Shown here in pieces: positions 26,712 to 37,633 of a stretch of 64,000 nucleotides of DNA. Under the pieces are notes generated by a model that was not told the DNA's origin, searched no databases, and was given only the letters and a program-made list of their open reading frames with translations. How positions within the stretch are numbered: the stretch's first letter is position 1; each line of letters opens with the position of its first letter. The DNA is from Microthyrium microscopicum (taxonomy: Eukaryota): contig MU004230.1 in NCBI GenBank assembly GCA_010405405.1, positions 34,627-98,626 of the forward strand. The letters run 5' to 3'. The translations under genes were made by a program, and so were the position numbers.

Positions 26712-28384
26712 TTAAGCGCGAGGATCGAAAAAGCGCTTGACCACTGATCCGATATCATTAGAGTCGTCAGGGTATACAAAGAAGGCAATTGCAATAATGG
26801 CATATCTAGAAGATGGAGTTAGTCACACGTCAAAAGCGCAAAGATTGTTCAAACTTACGTTCCAATGCACATGGCACCTTCCAGGTAATTGCTCTTGCCA
26901 TCTTGAATGAGATAGTTGACGACCAAGATGCTGATGAAGAAAACAACAGTCTCAAATCCGTGGAAGTTGAGAGTCATGTCTTGACCAATGATCCAGCCGA
27001 GGATGACAAGGAAAGGAGTAACGAAAATGGCGATTTGAAGACTGCTGCCAATAGCGACACCAATAGCCAGATCCATCTTACCCTTGTATGCGACAACAGC
27101 AGCAGTGACGTGTTCAGCAGCATTTCCGACAATTGGAAGTAAGATTAGACCAATAAAGGTTCGTGACATGCCAGTGCTGGAAACGACATCATCGATGCTG
27201 TCTACCAAGTAATCGGCGCAGAAAGAGACAAGGATGGTGATGAGTAGAAGCGTTACGACGGCAGGAATAGGTTTGAGAGTTCTTTCTTCCTCATTTTCAA
27301 CCTCCTGCTCGCCATCGAATATATCCTTGTGAGTCTTGAGTTGAAAGAGAAGATAAAGGCCGTAGAGAATTAGGAGGATGATTGAGGTTCCTCGGGAGAT
27401 CACCAGAATGGCATCAATGCTACTGACTGAAGATTTGGTGATTGACGCAGCTAGAGCGGCTGGTATGACTAGAGAGGCGCTGGATACAGCGAGTAAGGAA
27501 CCAAGTGTAGTTGCAGCAGTTGCATTAAAATCCTGTTGACCACCTCGGAACCCCGCAGAGACGAAACAGCAGCCTAGAACCTAAGTTTATGTTAATATAT
27601 GAGATGCGAATGGCTTGGAGGAACGTACCAGAAGGACGTTGGATAGGATAGATCCGAGCATGCTGGCCTGAACAATGCGAATCTCGCCTCGCAACAGTGC
27701 AAAGATACTAACCTAAGAGCTGTTAGTGTAACCCTTCTAAGTTACTACGTAGAGTAGCACTTACAATCAACTCGACAGCATTTCCGAAAGAGGCATTCAG
27801 CAATCCACCAATGGTTTGACCAACAGAAGCTGAAAGTTCCTCCGTGGCAAAACTGAGCAGCGCTGCCAGAGGAATAATTGCGATAAAGTTGACAGCAAAG
27901 ACCACAGTAGGGTCAAGCTTCAAGATACCACAGATGATTCCTGCTGGCACAAAGACCAATAAGACATTGACATAGTTGCTAGCCAGTACTTTCCAGGTCA
28001 AGTGTAGTGCGGTTTTGGGATATGAAGCCCAAGGGCGAGGGTCATCGTCGCCCCATAGTGTTGCTTGGCTCTCGCCAGGGTCTGCGCGTGCGCTTCCACC
28101 GTTGAGGAGAGGGGTAGACTCGGATTGTGCTTCCACGTCGGCGCGGCGTTGAAAACTATTCTTGCGATGCTCCATGTGCATGCGACCTTTGAGGTTTGCT
28201 GGTAGAGAAGAAGTATGATTAGCTTGGATGTTCACAATCTCATTGAACCACAGATTGTGAAGCTTGGAAGAGGTTGAATAGGTATGAAGGAGGGGATAAG
28301 AAGGTGCGTAAAGCAATTGAGTAAACAGCACGATGATGGTAGGCTAGGTGATTGAAGTTTAGGTGGATCAAGGTACATACCCAT
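26712..28384 (-). CDS. VCX1: Vacuolar Ca2+/H+ exchanger (CAX/VCX1 family)
   Basis: [52 protein letters not shown]. Probable micro-exon ATG G at 28384-28381; several introns; stop at 26712-26714. Confidence 0.88.
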
Positions 28385-29262
28385 CTTTAGATCCGGCGCA
28401 ACGTTGATGAGATATATAAGACGCTTTTGAGTTGAACAGAGAGTTTGGTGGGCGGTACAAGAAACACAAGGTCTGACCCGAGAGCGAGCTACCTGAGAGG
28501 CAGAATTGGGCGGCAAACAAAGAGCTTCTTGTTGAATTACAAAGAAGTTGTAATCCAAAGCTCGGCGCCGCGATATCACTCTGGCACGAGAGGACGGAGA
28601 GGTACGGAAAGGCTTGGCTTGCTTGGGGAAAGGAGGCGCAGCAGAGCCAAGAGGTGGGAAGTATTTGATTAAATCAACTTGTCAGATTGCTTGAGGAAAG
28701 TTTAAGCATAAACAAGGTCTAGAAGCATAGGCGAGGATTGGTTGTTAAAGAAGAGACGGAGGATGTTGTTATTGTATCTTGGTCCCTTGGAGGTGAAGTC
28801 CCACCCAAAAATCATGGCAGGGAAGCGTCATTGGCGTCGTCAAACAACCAGGTTGGACACGCTTTTTGCAAGCCACGTCCTTGTTTCAAACGAGAAAGGA
28901 CGAAGCTGATTTGAGGAAAGAATAGCCAAGAGAAATGCTAAGGAGGATCGGGAACAACTACCCCATTTTTCCAGATGCGTTTTGTGGCGCAGCGCATATC
29001 CCACTCTAGGGTACCGACCGTACCGTACTGCCCTTGTGTTTGCGAGAGACTATCTTCATTCATACTTTTTGTCGTGGAGTATCTGAAATTTAATCAGCAG
29101 TCTTGCCGCGCCCGTTCAAACAACAGAGAACTGTTGGGGCGATACGAAGTACGGTACCTAGGTAGGTACTCTACGGATGTTGCTGCGGTCATGAAGCACG
29201 ACGACTCGACAAGAAATGACTCGGAAGATTTATACGATTACTACATCTTATTTTGCATTGCC

Positions 29263-31131
29263 TTATCTAGACTTGTCTCTCGAAAACTTCTTGCTTATCT
29301 CATTTTTCAAAGATGACTTCCATGAGAGAATCTTCTTGATCCCCAGACTACCCATGTCACCCGAGTACTCAAACAGGAGGCTGACATATACCATGGTCAC
29401 TCTAGCTCCTTTGGTGGAGTGAATATCCGCCAAATTCTGCATATCTACCGACAAATAAGACTGACGAATTCCATTCTTATTGAAAGTCCGATCTTGCAAT
29501 TCCGCTGAGAATTCACAGTGCTTTGGAGATTCGTTAAAGACCTCCCATACTTGCTTTGCACTTCTTGGTGTTGCGCTTTTACTGATTGGTGTGCATATTA
29601 GATGACTCCATGTCTTTTTTTCTTTCGAATCGTAGCCTACTACGATGTAGATTGCCTCCGAGAAGTTTTTGCTTTCGGTGCTTGGCTGCAGTTTGCAGTG
29701 AAGGACCGAATGCCAGTTGTACTTTTCAAGCTTCCACCATGGAACATCCGGAATATCTGCATTGTGTTGTCGACTGATGGATATTTTATTGTCTTGAGAC
29801 TTGTGTCCGACCTGTAGTTCTGGATAACAAGAAACTTCTTTGAAGAATCGCTCGTCAAGTCCAAGAAACTGGAAAGTTACCGTCGAGCCGTTCAAAGAAG
29901 CATGCTTCATTGGCCTCTTTCGTACGTAGACCGTCTGAGTGGTTCTACTCGCCTTGAGTCGTGAGAAATCTACCTCCCCGATCTTTGCACACACTCGAGC
30001 GCATTGCTCACTATTTGGGTATGTTCTTTGCAACATCACCCCAGCTACCGTGTCAGTTTCCGAGGACTCATTTCGACAATCCAGTATGGCCCAGAATGCC
30101 CACGTGTTTGGGCCATTCAAACAGGTAATCATTTGAGTGGTTAGGCGAATGCCTTTGTTGGTCATCGTCGGTGGTGAACTGACATCTAGCCTACTAAATC
30201 CGACAAAGTCTCTCGAGTTTCTAAAGTCTTGTGGAGACCTGGCAAGAAGTCCATGCATCTCGCTAGTTTTCATGTCCGAGCCACTGTCCCAGGCAAGAAG
30301 AGATTGATCGTCAGATGTCTTGAGTAGCTCTTCTTGCAGTCGGGTAAATGCGTTCTCGCCTCCCTCTCCATACAGAAGAGGAATGTGTACGTTGAAAAGG
30401 CCCATAAGACAGTATGCCATATCTTCTGGCCGAGTTGTGGTCCGATTCGATGCCCAGTACATCTTTTGAGCAATGCTGAAGTCATATATGGCCTCAAGAT
30501 CACCATCCAAGGCGGACTCTATGATACCTGTGACTTCTGATATCTCTGTTTTTCGTTCTTTCCGTGATTTGAACCGCTTCCAGTCACTTGTGTAAAACAC
30601 CAGCTCCGGAGGCGCAATGAGTTCCTGGAGGGTCCAGCCCCGAGTGAACCATCTACTCAGTCTGAAGCTGCCGTCACTTACAGTGATTGCAGTATCGGGA
30701 ACATCGCTCAGATATGCATAGCATACGGTGGCCTGAGAGTACCAGCGAAACATGGAATTGATGGCCTCCGAAAGTTCGGAACTGCTTGACTTGTCGATAC
30801 TACAGGTATCCACCCAGCAATAGCTGAGTCCATCTTTTAAAGCTTGTTCGCAGCAATATTGGACTTTTTGGAAGCCGAGTTTGTCTTTTCCACGGTCATT
30901 TCGAATGTCGTCGTATAAGAACTCATCCTCTCCCCCTGTGATATGTTAGTATGAGACGAACGTTTTCCTTATCATTTCATGTAGTGAAATATGTGTCAAC
31001 AAGACGACTGTCTGTAGGATATCAAAAAGCGAGTTGTGGTACTTACAAGTATGCGAGAGTATAGCATATTTTGGAGCGTTGTCCTCGTAAAACCACTCGA
31101 GTTGAATCGATTTGCTATTTATTAACCACAT
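29263..31131 (-). CDS. HET-domain (heterokaryon incompatibility, PF06985-like) protein with a long unrecognised C-terminal region
   Basis: YAILSHT|WGEDE, WVDTCSIDKSSSSELSEAINSMFRWY, SRWFTRGWTLQELIAP, EDMAYCLMGLF, PLLYGEG..AF.RLQEE; intron 30936-31046. Confidence 0.93.
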
Positions 31132-31477
31132 GAAATGATTTGAAGGTCTCTGACCGATGTCAAGGGTCTGATTGCATGAGGAGTCAGTATTTGCTGCCTA
31201 GCTAATAGCCGCTGTCTCCAAACGATTGAAAGGAGGCGCGGTCGTTCTTCAAAACGCCACACTTGTTGTTGTACATGCAGGACTTTGGAAACAGTCTTCA
31301 ACAAACTGAAGTACGTATTAGGGATATGTTGGAGTAACTCGATGCTGGACTCATTGTTTTGAGTCCAGATGATGTACATTCTAGGATTGGAGAAAATCCT
31401 CCCGAAATGTCCGAGGGTTTGACTTGCACTGCCACCACGAATCCTGTCATGATCCATGAGGCGCAACCAATTGACAA

Positions 31478-31620
31478 AAACTTCTACTCCTCAACCGCCA
31501 GATTCGCTACGAAGCTTGGAACATCTTCTGCCGTAAGGTCCGAGAGGGATTTGGTAGTACTTGCAGCAAGGCTTATACTTCGGTGTTCCTGCCATGAATG
31601 AGATTCTTGAGGTACTCTCC
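31478..31620 (+). pseudogene. Decayed sixth copy of the tandem paralog family
   Basis: 31478-31540 reads KLLLLNRQIRYEAWNIFCRKV, matching KDLLLLNRQICNEAW / KSLLLLNKAIHCEAWNLCCRK of the intact copies. MNEILEVL follows in another frame. No start or F-box part is present. Confidence 0.75.
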
Positions 31621-32043
31621 TTGTCGATAATCAAGTAGGTACTCAAGGATGCGTACCTGGTAGCTTCGGACTTGAGGTTGATGAACGCAAAATGTGAAAA
31701 CATAAATTTGACATTACCAGTCAATTGTCTCTCTGCTGCATTCAACGATAATTATTTCGAATCAATACACTGACTGGTAAGAGGGGATCCGCAAGTACTT
31801 CCAAGTTCAACATCAGAATGCTATGCAGGTCATTCTTGTGAGTCATCGTCCGACATGACAACATCAATAAATACCAACATCTCCCCCATTGCCTCCGAAT
31901 GTCCAAATAAATCTTGTCTTCAATAACGAATTCCATGGGACTATATCAGCTTCACAGGCTCTTTTTTTTACGTCCAGTCAATAAACACCTGCCTCAGACC
32001 AATCATGGATCAGACCAGCCAGTCCTCAATATCCAAATCAATC

Positions 32044-32661
32044 ATGGCGCCGACTATCGGATTCTTCAGGCTACCTCTGGAGCTTCGACTAGAAATCTAC
32101 AACACCTACCTCAATGATGCTGGTGTCACACAATCAGACTTTGAGTCGTCGTCTATCGAAAGAGACATCAGCCAGTTGTTTACCGAAATCAATCAACTTC
32201 TACGTCTCAATCACCAAATCTACCACGAAGCTCGAACCATAGCCTGCCGACTGATTTATGACAGCACTCTCAAGTGTACAACCAACGACTTTGCAACATT
32301 TAAGCGCTCTTTCCAGTCCCTGCCTACTGATCGTCAACACTGCGTACTCACGAAGCTTACCTTGCTGAACACCCCCAAGAAACCTAATCGCTTTCCTACC
32401 AATAAGATTCTCAGAATTCTGGCCAAAGAAGCGGGCTATCGAAATACCCAGATGATGCAGAATGGCTCGCAGCTGGTATACAAGGATGGCGTAAAGAAAC
32501 CCGTGTTTCTGCAACATATATTTCCACCAGGTCGCCAGAGCCCAATCAATTTATACTTCAAACTTCATGCATCTAACGCTGGATGCTGGGAGTACCTTGC
32601 CTTGGATGGACTGGTTGCGCATCTTGAAAGCTTTGAAGAGATCCTCAAGGTAGAGCATTGA
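32044..32661 (+). CDS. Tandem paralog 1, F-box/2EXR-like N-terminus, function unknown
   Basis: FFRLPLELRLEIYNTYL; NDFATFKRSF; LTLLNT; WEYL; possible upstream ATG at 32005. Confidence 0.8.
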   Translation: MAPTIGFFRLPLELRLEIYNTYLNDAGVTQSDFESSSIERDISQLFTEINQLLRLNHQIYHEARTIACRLIYDSTLKCTTNDFATFKRSFQSLPTDRQHCVLTKLTLLNTPKKPNRFPTNKILRILAKEAGYRNTQMMQNGSQLVYKDGVKKPVFLQHIFPPGRQSPINLYFKLHASNAGCWEYLALDGLVAHLESFEEILKVEH

Positions 32662-33053
32662 TTTTGAAAATTCGGAATGCAAGCTCCCAATATTATACTT
32701 TCAATTGTTTCTTTTCGTCCCTTCATGAAAGCTTCCTGGCCTTAGCATGTCGCTTTCCTTGAGAAGTAGTTCCTCTCTCACTGCCCACTGGACTTCTCAA
32801 CTAGTGCTATTGAAGTTTCTCATACATTGAGCTATTTTGAGTCATCACTGAACATCATCGCTGAAGATTCTTATCGCCAACATAAACTCATTGTTTACTT
32901 GCTCTCACATTGTCACTATCGTCCTATAAACCCTCAATCATTCCACCTTCGACTCACTTTCTCCAACTTCCTATGCTATCGACGACCACATCTCACTCGG
33001 ACCGAGCCAACAATCAGCGCAGGTGAAGACCTCCTTCAGCAGATCCTACAGCA

Positions 33054-33698
33054 ATGGCATCCTCTATCGGGTTCTTCGACCTACCAGCGGAACTTCGACT
33101 GGAAATCTACAAAGTCTATCTGGATGACTGCGGCTCTTACACTCCGGAAAACGATGAGGAGAAAGATGGCAAAGATTGCAAGCATATTCGCAAAGTGATC
33201 CCAGACTTCTTTGATGAAGCCAAAGACCTTCTACTTCTCAATCGTCAAATTTGCAACGAGGCATGGCACATCATCTCACGAATAGTCCATAACCAAGAAG
33301 CTCCAATCCTCTTCCATTGGGATACCGACGATTTTCACACATTCAAGCGCGCATTCGAGTCTGTTTCCGTCGAACAGCGCTCCTCTTTTGTCGAAGGCAA
33401 GCTTATGCTGGTCAACACTCCACTAACACCAGACCGCTTCCCAATCAAGGAATTGGTCAGCATTCTGGGGGAAGAAACCAGCGATCGCAGCATCTGCTTC
33501 ATCGAGGCATATGGACGCGAGAGGTGGGTGAGGGAATGGATGGTCGATGGCTTCCACTTCGAGGTAGATGAAGAGGACAAACGCCTTTTGTCTTTCAGCG
33601 TTCATTTTACCAGAGGTGAAGGTTGGGAGTACTTTGAATTTGAGGGAATGCCCAACTGGCTCGACTGTATCGACCAGATTCTTCGGATGGAGCATTGA
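33054..33698 (+). CDS. Tandem paralog 2
   Basis: FFDLPAELRLEIYKVYL; DDFHTFKRAF; LMLVNT; WEYF. Confidence 0.82.
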   Translation: MASSIGFFDLPAELRLEIYKVYLDDCGSYTPENDEEKDGKDCKHIRKVIPDFFDEAKDLLLLNRQICNEAWHIISRIVHNQEAPILFHWDTDDFHTFKRAFESVSVEQRSSFVEGKLMLVNTPLTPDRFPIKELVSILGEETSDRSICFIEAYGRERWVREWMVDGFHFEVDEEDKRLLSFSVHFTRGEGWEYFEFEGMPNWLDCIDQILRMEH

Positions 33699-34388
33699 CG
33701 GGTGCTCACTCACTTCCGGATTCTCCCTTGGAGGATGGATGAGTCGACAAATCAATGATATATACCTAGGTACTCATTGAGTCTAATATCGGCCATCTGC
33801 TACGTTCTATCATCAGGTGCCTAATGTCCCGGAAGGTGCGCCAAGTATTTAGCTCTACTTCAACGCGCTGGAAAACAAAGCGTGTCTTTGTCAAGAAGTG
33901 CCATAGGAGAGCTCTCTATAGCTGGGAGCAGGCTTTTTGTTTTGCTGACCTGGCGGATGGTCTCTCTCTGCGTATTTATCCATAAGCTGTGTATGCACAG
34001 TCGTCACCCAACTCAGCAAGAGGTGACAATGTCAACTTCGACCTACTTCATAGAGGGAAAGTAAAACCATGCTGAAGTTCAGCAGTAGCGACAACACATG
34101 TGTGAGTATTCGCTGCCTAGAGGCAAAACTCACAGGCTGCAGCCAAGGCTGATATTTTGATTTTAGGCCGCCTCCTAGAGTTCTCTCCATCAAGATCCAC
34201 TTTGGCACTTCTCACGAAGTATTACCCGCCCAAGAACGAACGCACGAGCGATAGCTTCAATCTGCCATGAATAGATCACTCTTACTTCAGCACTACTATA
34301 AACCATACCTCAGATATCTCAAACATTTTATCAAGCGCTTCAGTCTCCTCTCAGGCCGTGTGCCCAAACCAAAGCCAACACTTCGATT

Positions 34389-35000
34389 ATGGCCTCCCAT
34401 TTTCCCTTTATGAAGCTGCCCACGGAACTTCGATTAATCATATATGAATATTGCCTTTATGGCTGTGGTCACGACTTCACTCTGGGCCTTGAAAATTACT
34501 TCGATATGATCGCCTTCTTCGACGCGCGCAAATCGCTACTGCTCCTCAACAAAGCAATACACTGCGAGGCATGGAATTTATGCTGTCGCAAAACCACTCC
34601 CGAGATTCTTGAGAAAATTCACTTCTTCTGTGAGGCCGATGACTTCGATGCCTTCAAACGCGCGTTCCACAGCCTACCAAACGATGAACGACAATATGTG
34701 GATGTTGGACTGACCTGGTCAAACACCATCGAGAATGGCAAACCCTATCCCATTAAGGAAATCCTCAGAATGGAGATTCTTTCACAAAATGACGGTTATG
34801 ACAGCTTTGAAGAGATGCAACAAGACACAGATCTCAAGCCGGATCGCGAATTAGATACCATGTTGTTCTCTACGATGGTGCTTAATGCCACATACGAAGT
34901 GGAGTTAAAGTTCAGGCTTGAAGAGGACTGGGAGTATCTCTACTTGATGGGACCACTCGGCGCAATCATGAGTGGCTTGGACGAAATTCTTGAATTATAG
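34389..35000 (+). CDS. Tandem paralog 3
   Basis: FMKLPTELRLIIYEY; DDFDAFKRAF; LTWSNT; WEYL. Confidence 0.82.
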   Translation: MASHFPFMKLPTELRLIIYEYCLYGCGHDFTLGLENYFDMIAFFDARKSLLLLNKAIHCEAWNLCCRKTTPEILEKIHFFCEADDFDAFKRAFHSLPNDERQYVDVGLTWSNTIENGKPYPIKEILRMEILSQNDGYDSFEEMQQDTDLKPDRELDTMLFSTMVLNATYEVELKFRLEEDWEYLYLMGPLGAIMSGLDEILEL

Positions 35001-35226
35001 CACTGGATGGCTCCTGCCTTTTCTTCCTCCATGACTTCCCATCACAATCACCTAAGCAACGAGCACAACACCAATAACAACAAAATTCATCCCACTTTCT
35101 AAATCTTGAGCTCATCACACATCAGTCCATTCAACTACCAGTTCTTTGGATCTCTCTATTTTGCCACATCCAATACACTCATCGGCTCACAAGCTGATCC
35201 CCTGGCCCAAACGACTCACGTCAACT

Positions 35227-35910
35227 ATGTCCTCAATCTTTCGATTTATGGATCTCCCCCCGGAACTACGACTTATGATCTACGAAGAATACTTTCTTGC
35301 CTGCATAGGCAGCGACGTCAAGAATTTCTGGCCTGCTACTGACAACATTTTCGAGCTTGTTGGTCTTTTCGATTCTTTTAAAAAGCTCCTTCTTATTAGC
35401 AAAACGGTCAAGGAGGAAGCTTGGGAACTCTACCGGTCGCCAGTGAAAGATTTGAATACAGAAATCATACAATGGGATCGTTACTTTGACTGTGAGACCG
35501 ACGACTTCGGAACTTTCAAGCATGCCATGCAGAGCCTATGTGACGATGTACAATGCAGGTTGGTTTGTGTTGAGCTTACACTGTCGAACACTCCCATGAA
35601 ACCCAACGCCTACCCGATCAACAAATTGCTCGAAATCTTTGCTCAAGCACTGGGCTATGACAGTATTGAATCGATGGAAGCAAACGCAAAGCTAGTTCAG
35701 AAGGCGGAATTGCACAAAAGAGCTTTGTTTCGCCACAGGATCGACAATGACTGGGACTCAGGTGTCAAGCTGTCCTTTACGCGCTACCACACGCCTGCTG
35801 GATATTGGGAGTACTTCCACTTAAAGGGGGCCGAAATCGGTCAACTCCACCTCCATGGCACTTGGGTTCTGGACGAGATGCTTAAAGTGGAGCCCTCCAC
35901 GTCGATTTAG
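35227..35910 (+). CDS. Tandem paralog 4
   Basis: ATG 35227; FMDLPPELRLMIYEEY; DDFGTFKHAM; LTLSNT; WEYF. Confidence 0.82.
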   Translation: MSSIFRFMDLPPELRLMIYEEYFLACIGSDVKNFWPATDNIFELVGLFDSFKKLLLISKTVKEEAWELYRSPVKDLNTEIIQWDRYFDCETDDFGTFKHAMQSLCDDVQCRLVCVELTLSNTPMKPNAYPINKLLEIFAQALGYDSIESMEANAKLVQKAELHKRALFRHRIDNDWDSGVKLSFTRYHTPAGYWEYFHLKGAEIGQLHLHGTWVLDEMLKVEPSTSI

Positions 35911-36426
35911 TCGTGAACCAACATAGAAATGTTTATCTGAATGTCTTCTCCCACGAAGGCTCGAAAAGAGCAAGAAATGTCATGGAACTTATAAGGGACT
36001 TACTGCGCCAGACGATCTGATCAACCTCCAGGTCTGAGGTGCATTGTGGTTACAACTGGTTCTGACGATGAATTTGTCACTTTCGCGTTGGCAATCGGGT
36101 CTTCGGGCCAGGACTAAATTGACAGAGAAGAGGGCCCATTCCTTGAACAGTCAACACCACATGCTTTTGATACCCATCGTGCCTTCCTTAACAGCTGCTC
36201 CAGATGTATGTCCAGCAGCGTCATCAAAGATGTTCACAGGACTCCAGGCAACCACTTCTTCCACCATCATGTATGTAGCAGTACCTTGATCATTCTGTAC
36301 TCTACAAAAAATCCAACCTCTATTCTCGACTCCTTGCTTGTGCTTCTGCTTTTTCCGTATTAAAGATCCACTCACTTCCAGTAAAACTGTCCTGCCTACT
36401 CATCCCAAAGACGGGTCACCACAGAC

Positions 36427-37059
36427 ATGGAATTGAAAATGGACTTCTTCCAATTCCCTGGCGAGATTCGCAACAGAATCTACACCTTCTACATCAATGA
36501 CTGCGGTACCAGTCCGCATCAGGCAGAGGAGCAAAAGATATACACAAGAAGCAATTGTCATGATGTTGCCACCTTCTTCGATGATGCTAAGAAACTCTTC
36601 CTGCTCAACAAGCAAATCTACATCGAATCTCGAGGCATCTTCTGTCGATTGGTTCATGACGAGCGGACCGGCCTTTCATATGACATTCACGACTGGGCCA
36701 CCTTCAAGCGTGCCTACAAAGCCCTTCCTTCTCATCTATTTGGCGAGACCCAGGGAACGCTCACGCTGTTGAACACCGTCGAGACTGGCAACACTCAGCC
36801 GATCAAGCAGCTTATCGAATTTTTTGCCAAGGAAGGTGGTTGGAAATCTATTGCCGCCATGCAGAAGAGCTGCCCGACCACATACGACAAGGACCTGAAC
36901 AAAATGGTCCACGCCAGACAGTGGACGAGCAATGAAGACATGGACATGCAATTCTTCTTCAAGGTCTACAAACGCAAGGATGATATCTGGGAGTACTTTC
37001 ATATGGAAGGAATTGGATGGACCGACGAGATCGATGATCTGCTTCAGCTGGACTTCTGA
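36427..37059 (+). CDS. Tandem paralog 5
   Basis: FFQFPGEIRNRIYTFY; HDWATFKRAY; LTLLNT; WEYF. Confidence 0.82.
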   Translation: MELKMDFFQFPGEIRNRIYTFYINDCGTSPHQAEEQKIYTRSNCHDVATFFDDAKKLFLLNKQIYIESRGIFCRLVHDERTGLSYDIHDWATFKRAYKALPSHLFGETQGTLTLLNTVETGNTQPIKQLIEFFAKEGGWKSIAAMQKSCPTTYDKDLNKMVHARQWTSNEDMDMQFFFKVYKRKDDIWEYFHMEGIGWTDEIDDLLQLDF

Positions 37060-37361
37060 TCGATTGATCCTCACATCCTTAAGTAGTTTCTTGAGATCAA
37101 CCATCGAGGACGGTGGCTGAGATCGAGGGCGGCGACTCAAATGGGAACACTTCTTGAGCCGAGCACAGCAGCAAGTCTTGTGACAATTATACCAGCAGGT
37201 CTGCGAAGTGAATAGCATACTTTAGCGCCATAAAAGACGATGTATGTCATCAAAGTCGATGGCATGTTTTCACAATGGAGAAACATTTCCCCAAACACCA
37301 ATCTGATTCCAAAACGTGATATAGTCCAAGAGTTACGTAGATCTACACAGAATTTTCGGGT

Positions 37362-37585
37362 ACAAAATAAGTGAGCCGTTTCGACGACTATGCTCATCGA
37401 TGACGATGGCTGCCATAGCAATTCTTAAAGAGTAAACACCCAAGTACTTCAACTCCTGTCAGCGTCATAAACCTTATATCAACTTGTTAAATACAGTGGT
37501 TGTTAAATCAGTTACTCTTTAAGAAGTGCTATAGCAGCCATCGTCATCGATGAGCATAGTCGTCGAAACGGCTCACTTATTTTGT
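37362..37585. repeat. Long inverted repeat (74-bp arms, 76-bp spacer); MITE-like or hairpin RNA precursor
   Basis: 37362-37435 is the reverse complement of 37512-37585 with 2 mismatches. Confidence 0.9.
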
Positions 37586-37633
37586 GCCTGGAGAGACAGA
37601 GTACCTAGGTATATAAGCATCTTAATAATTGCC

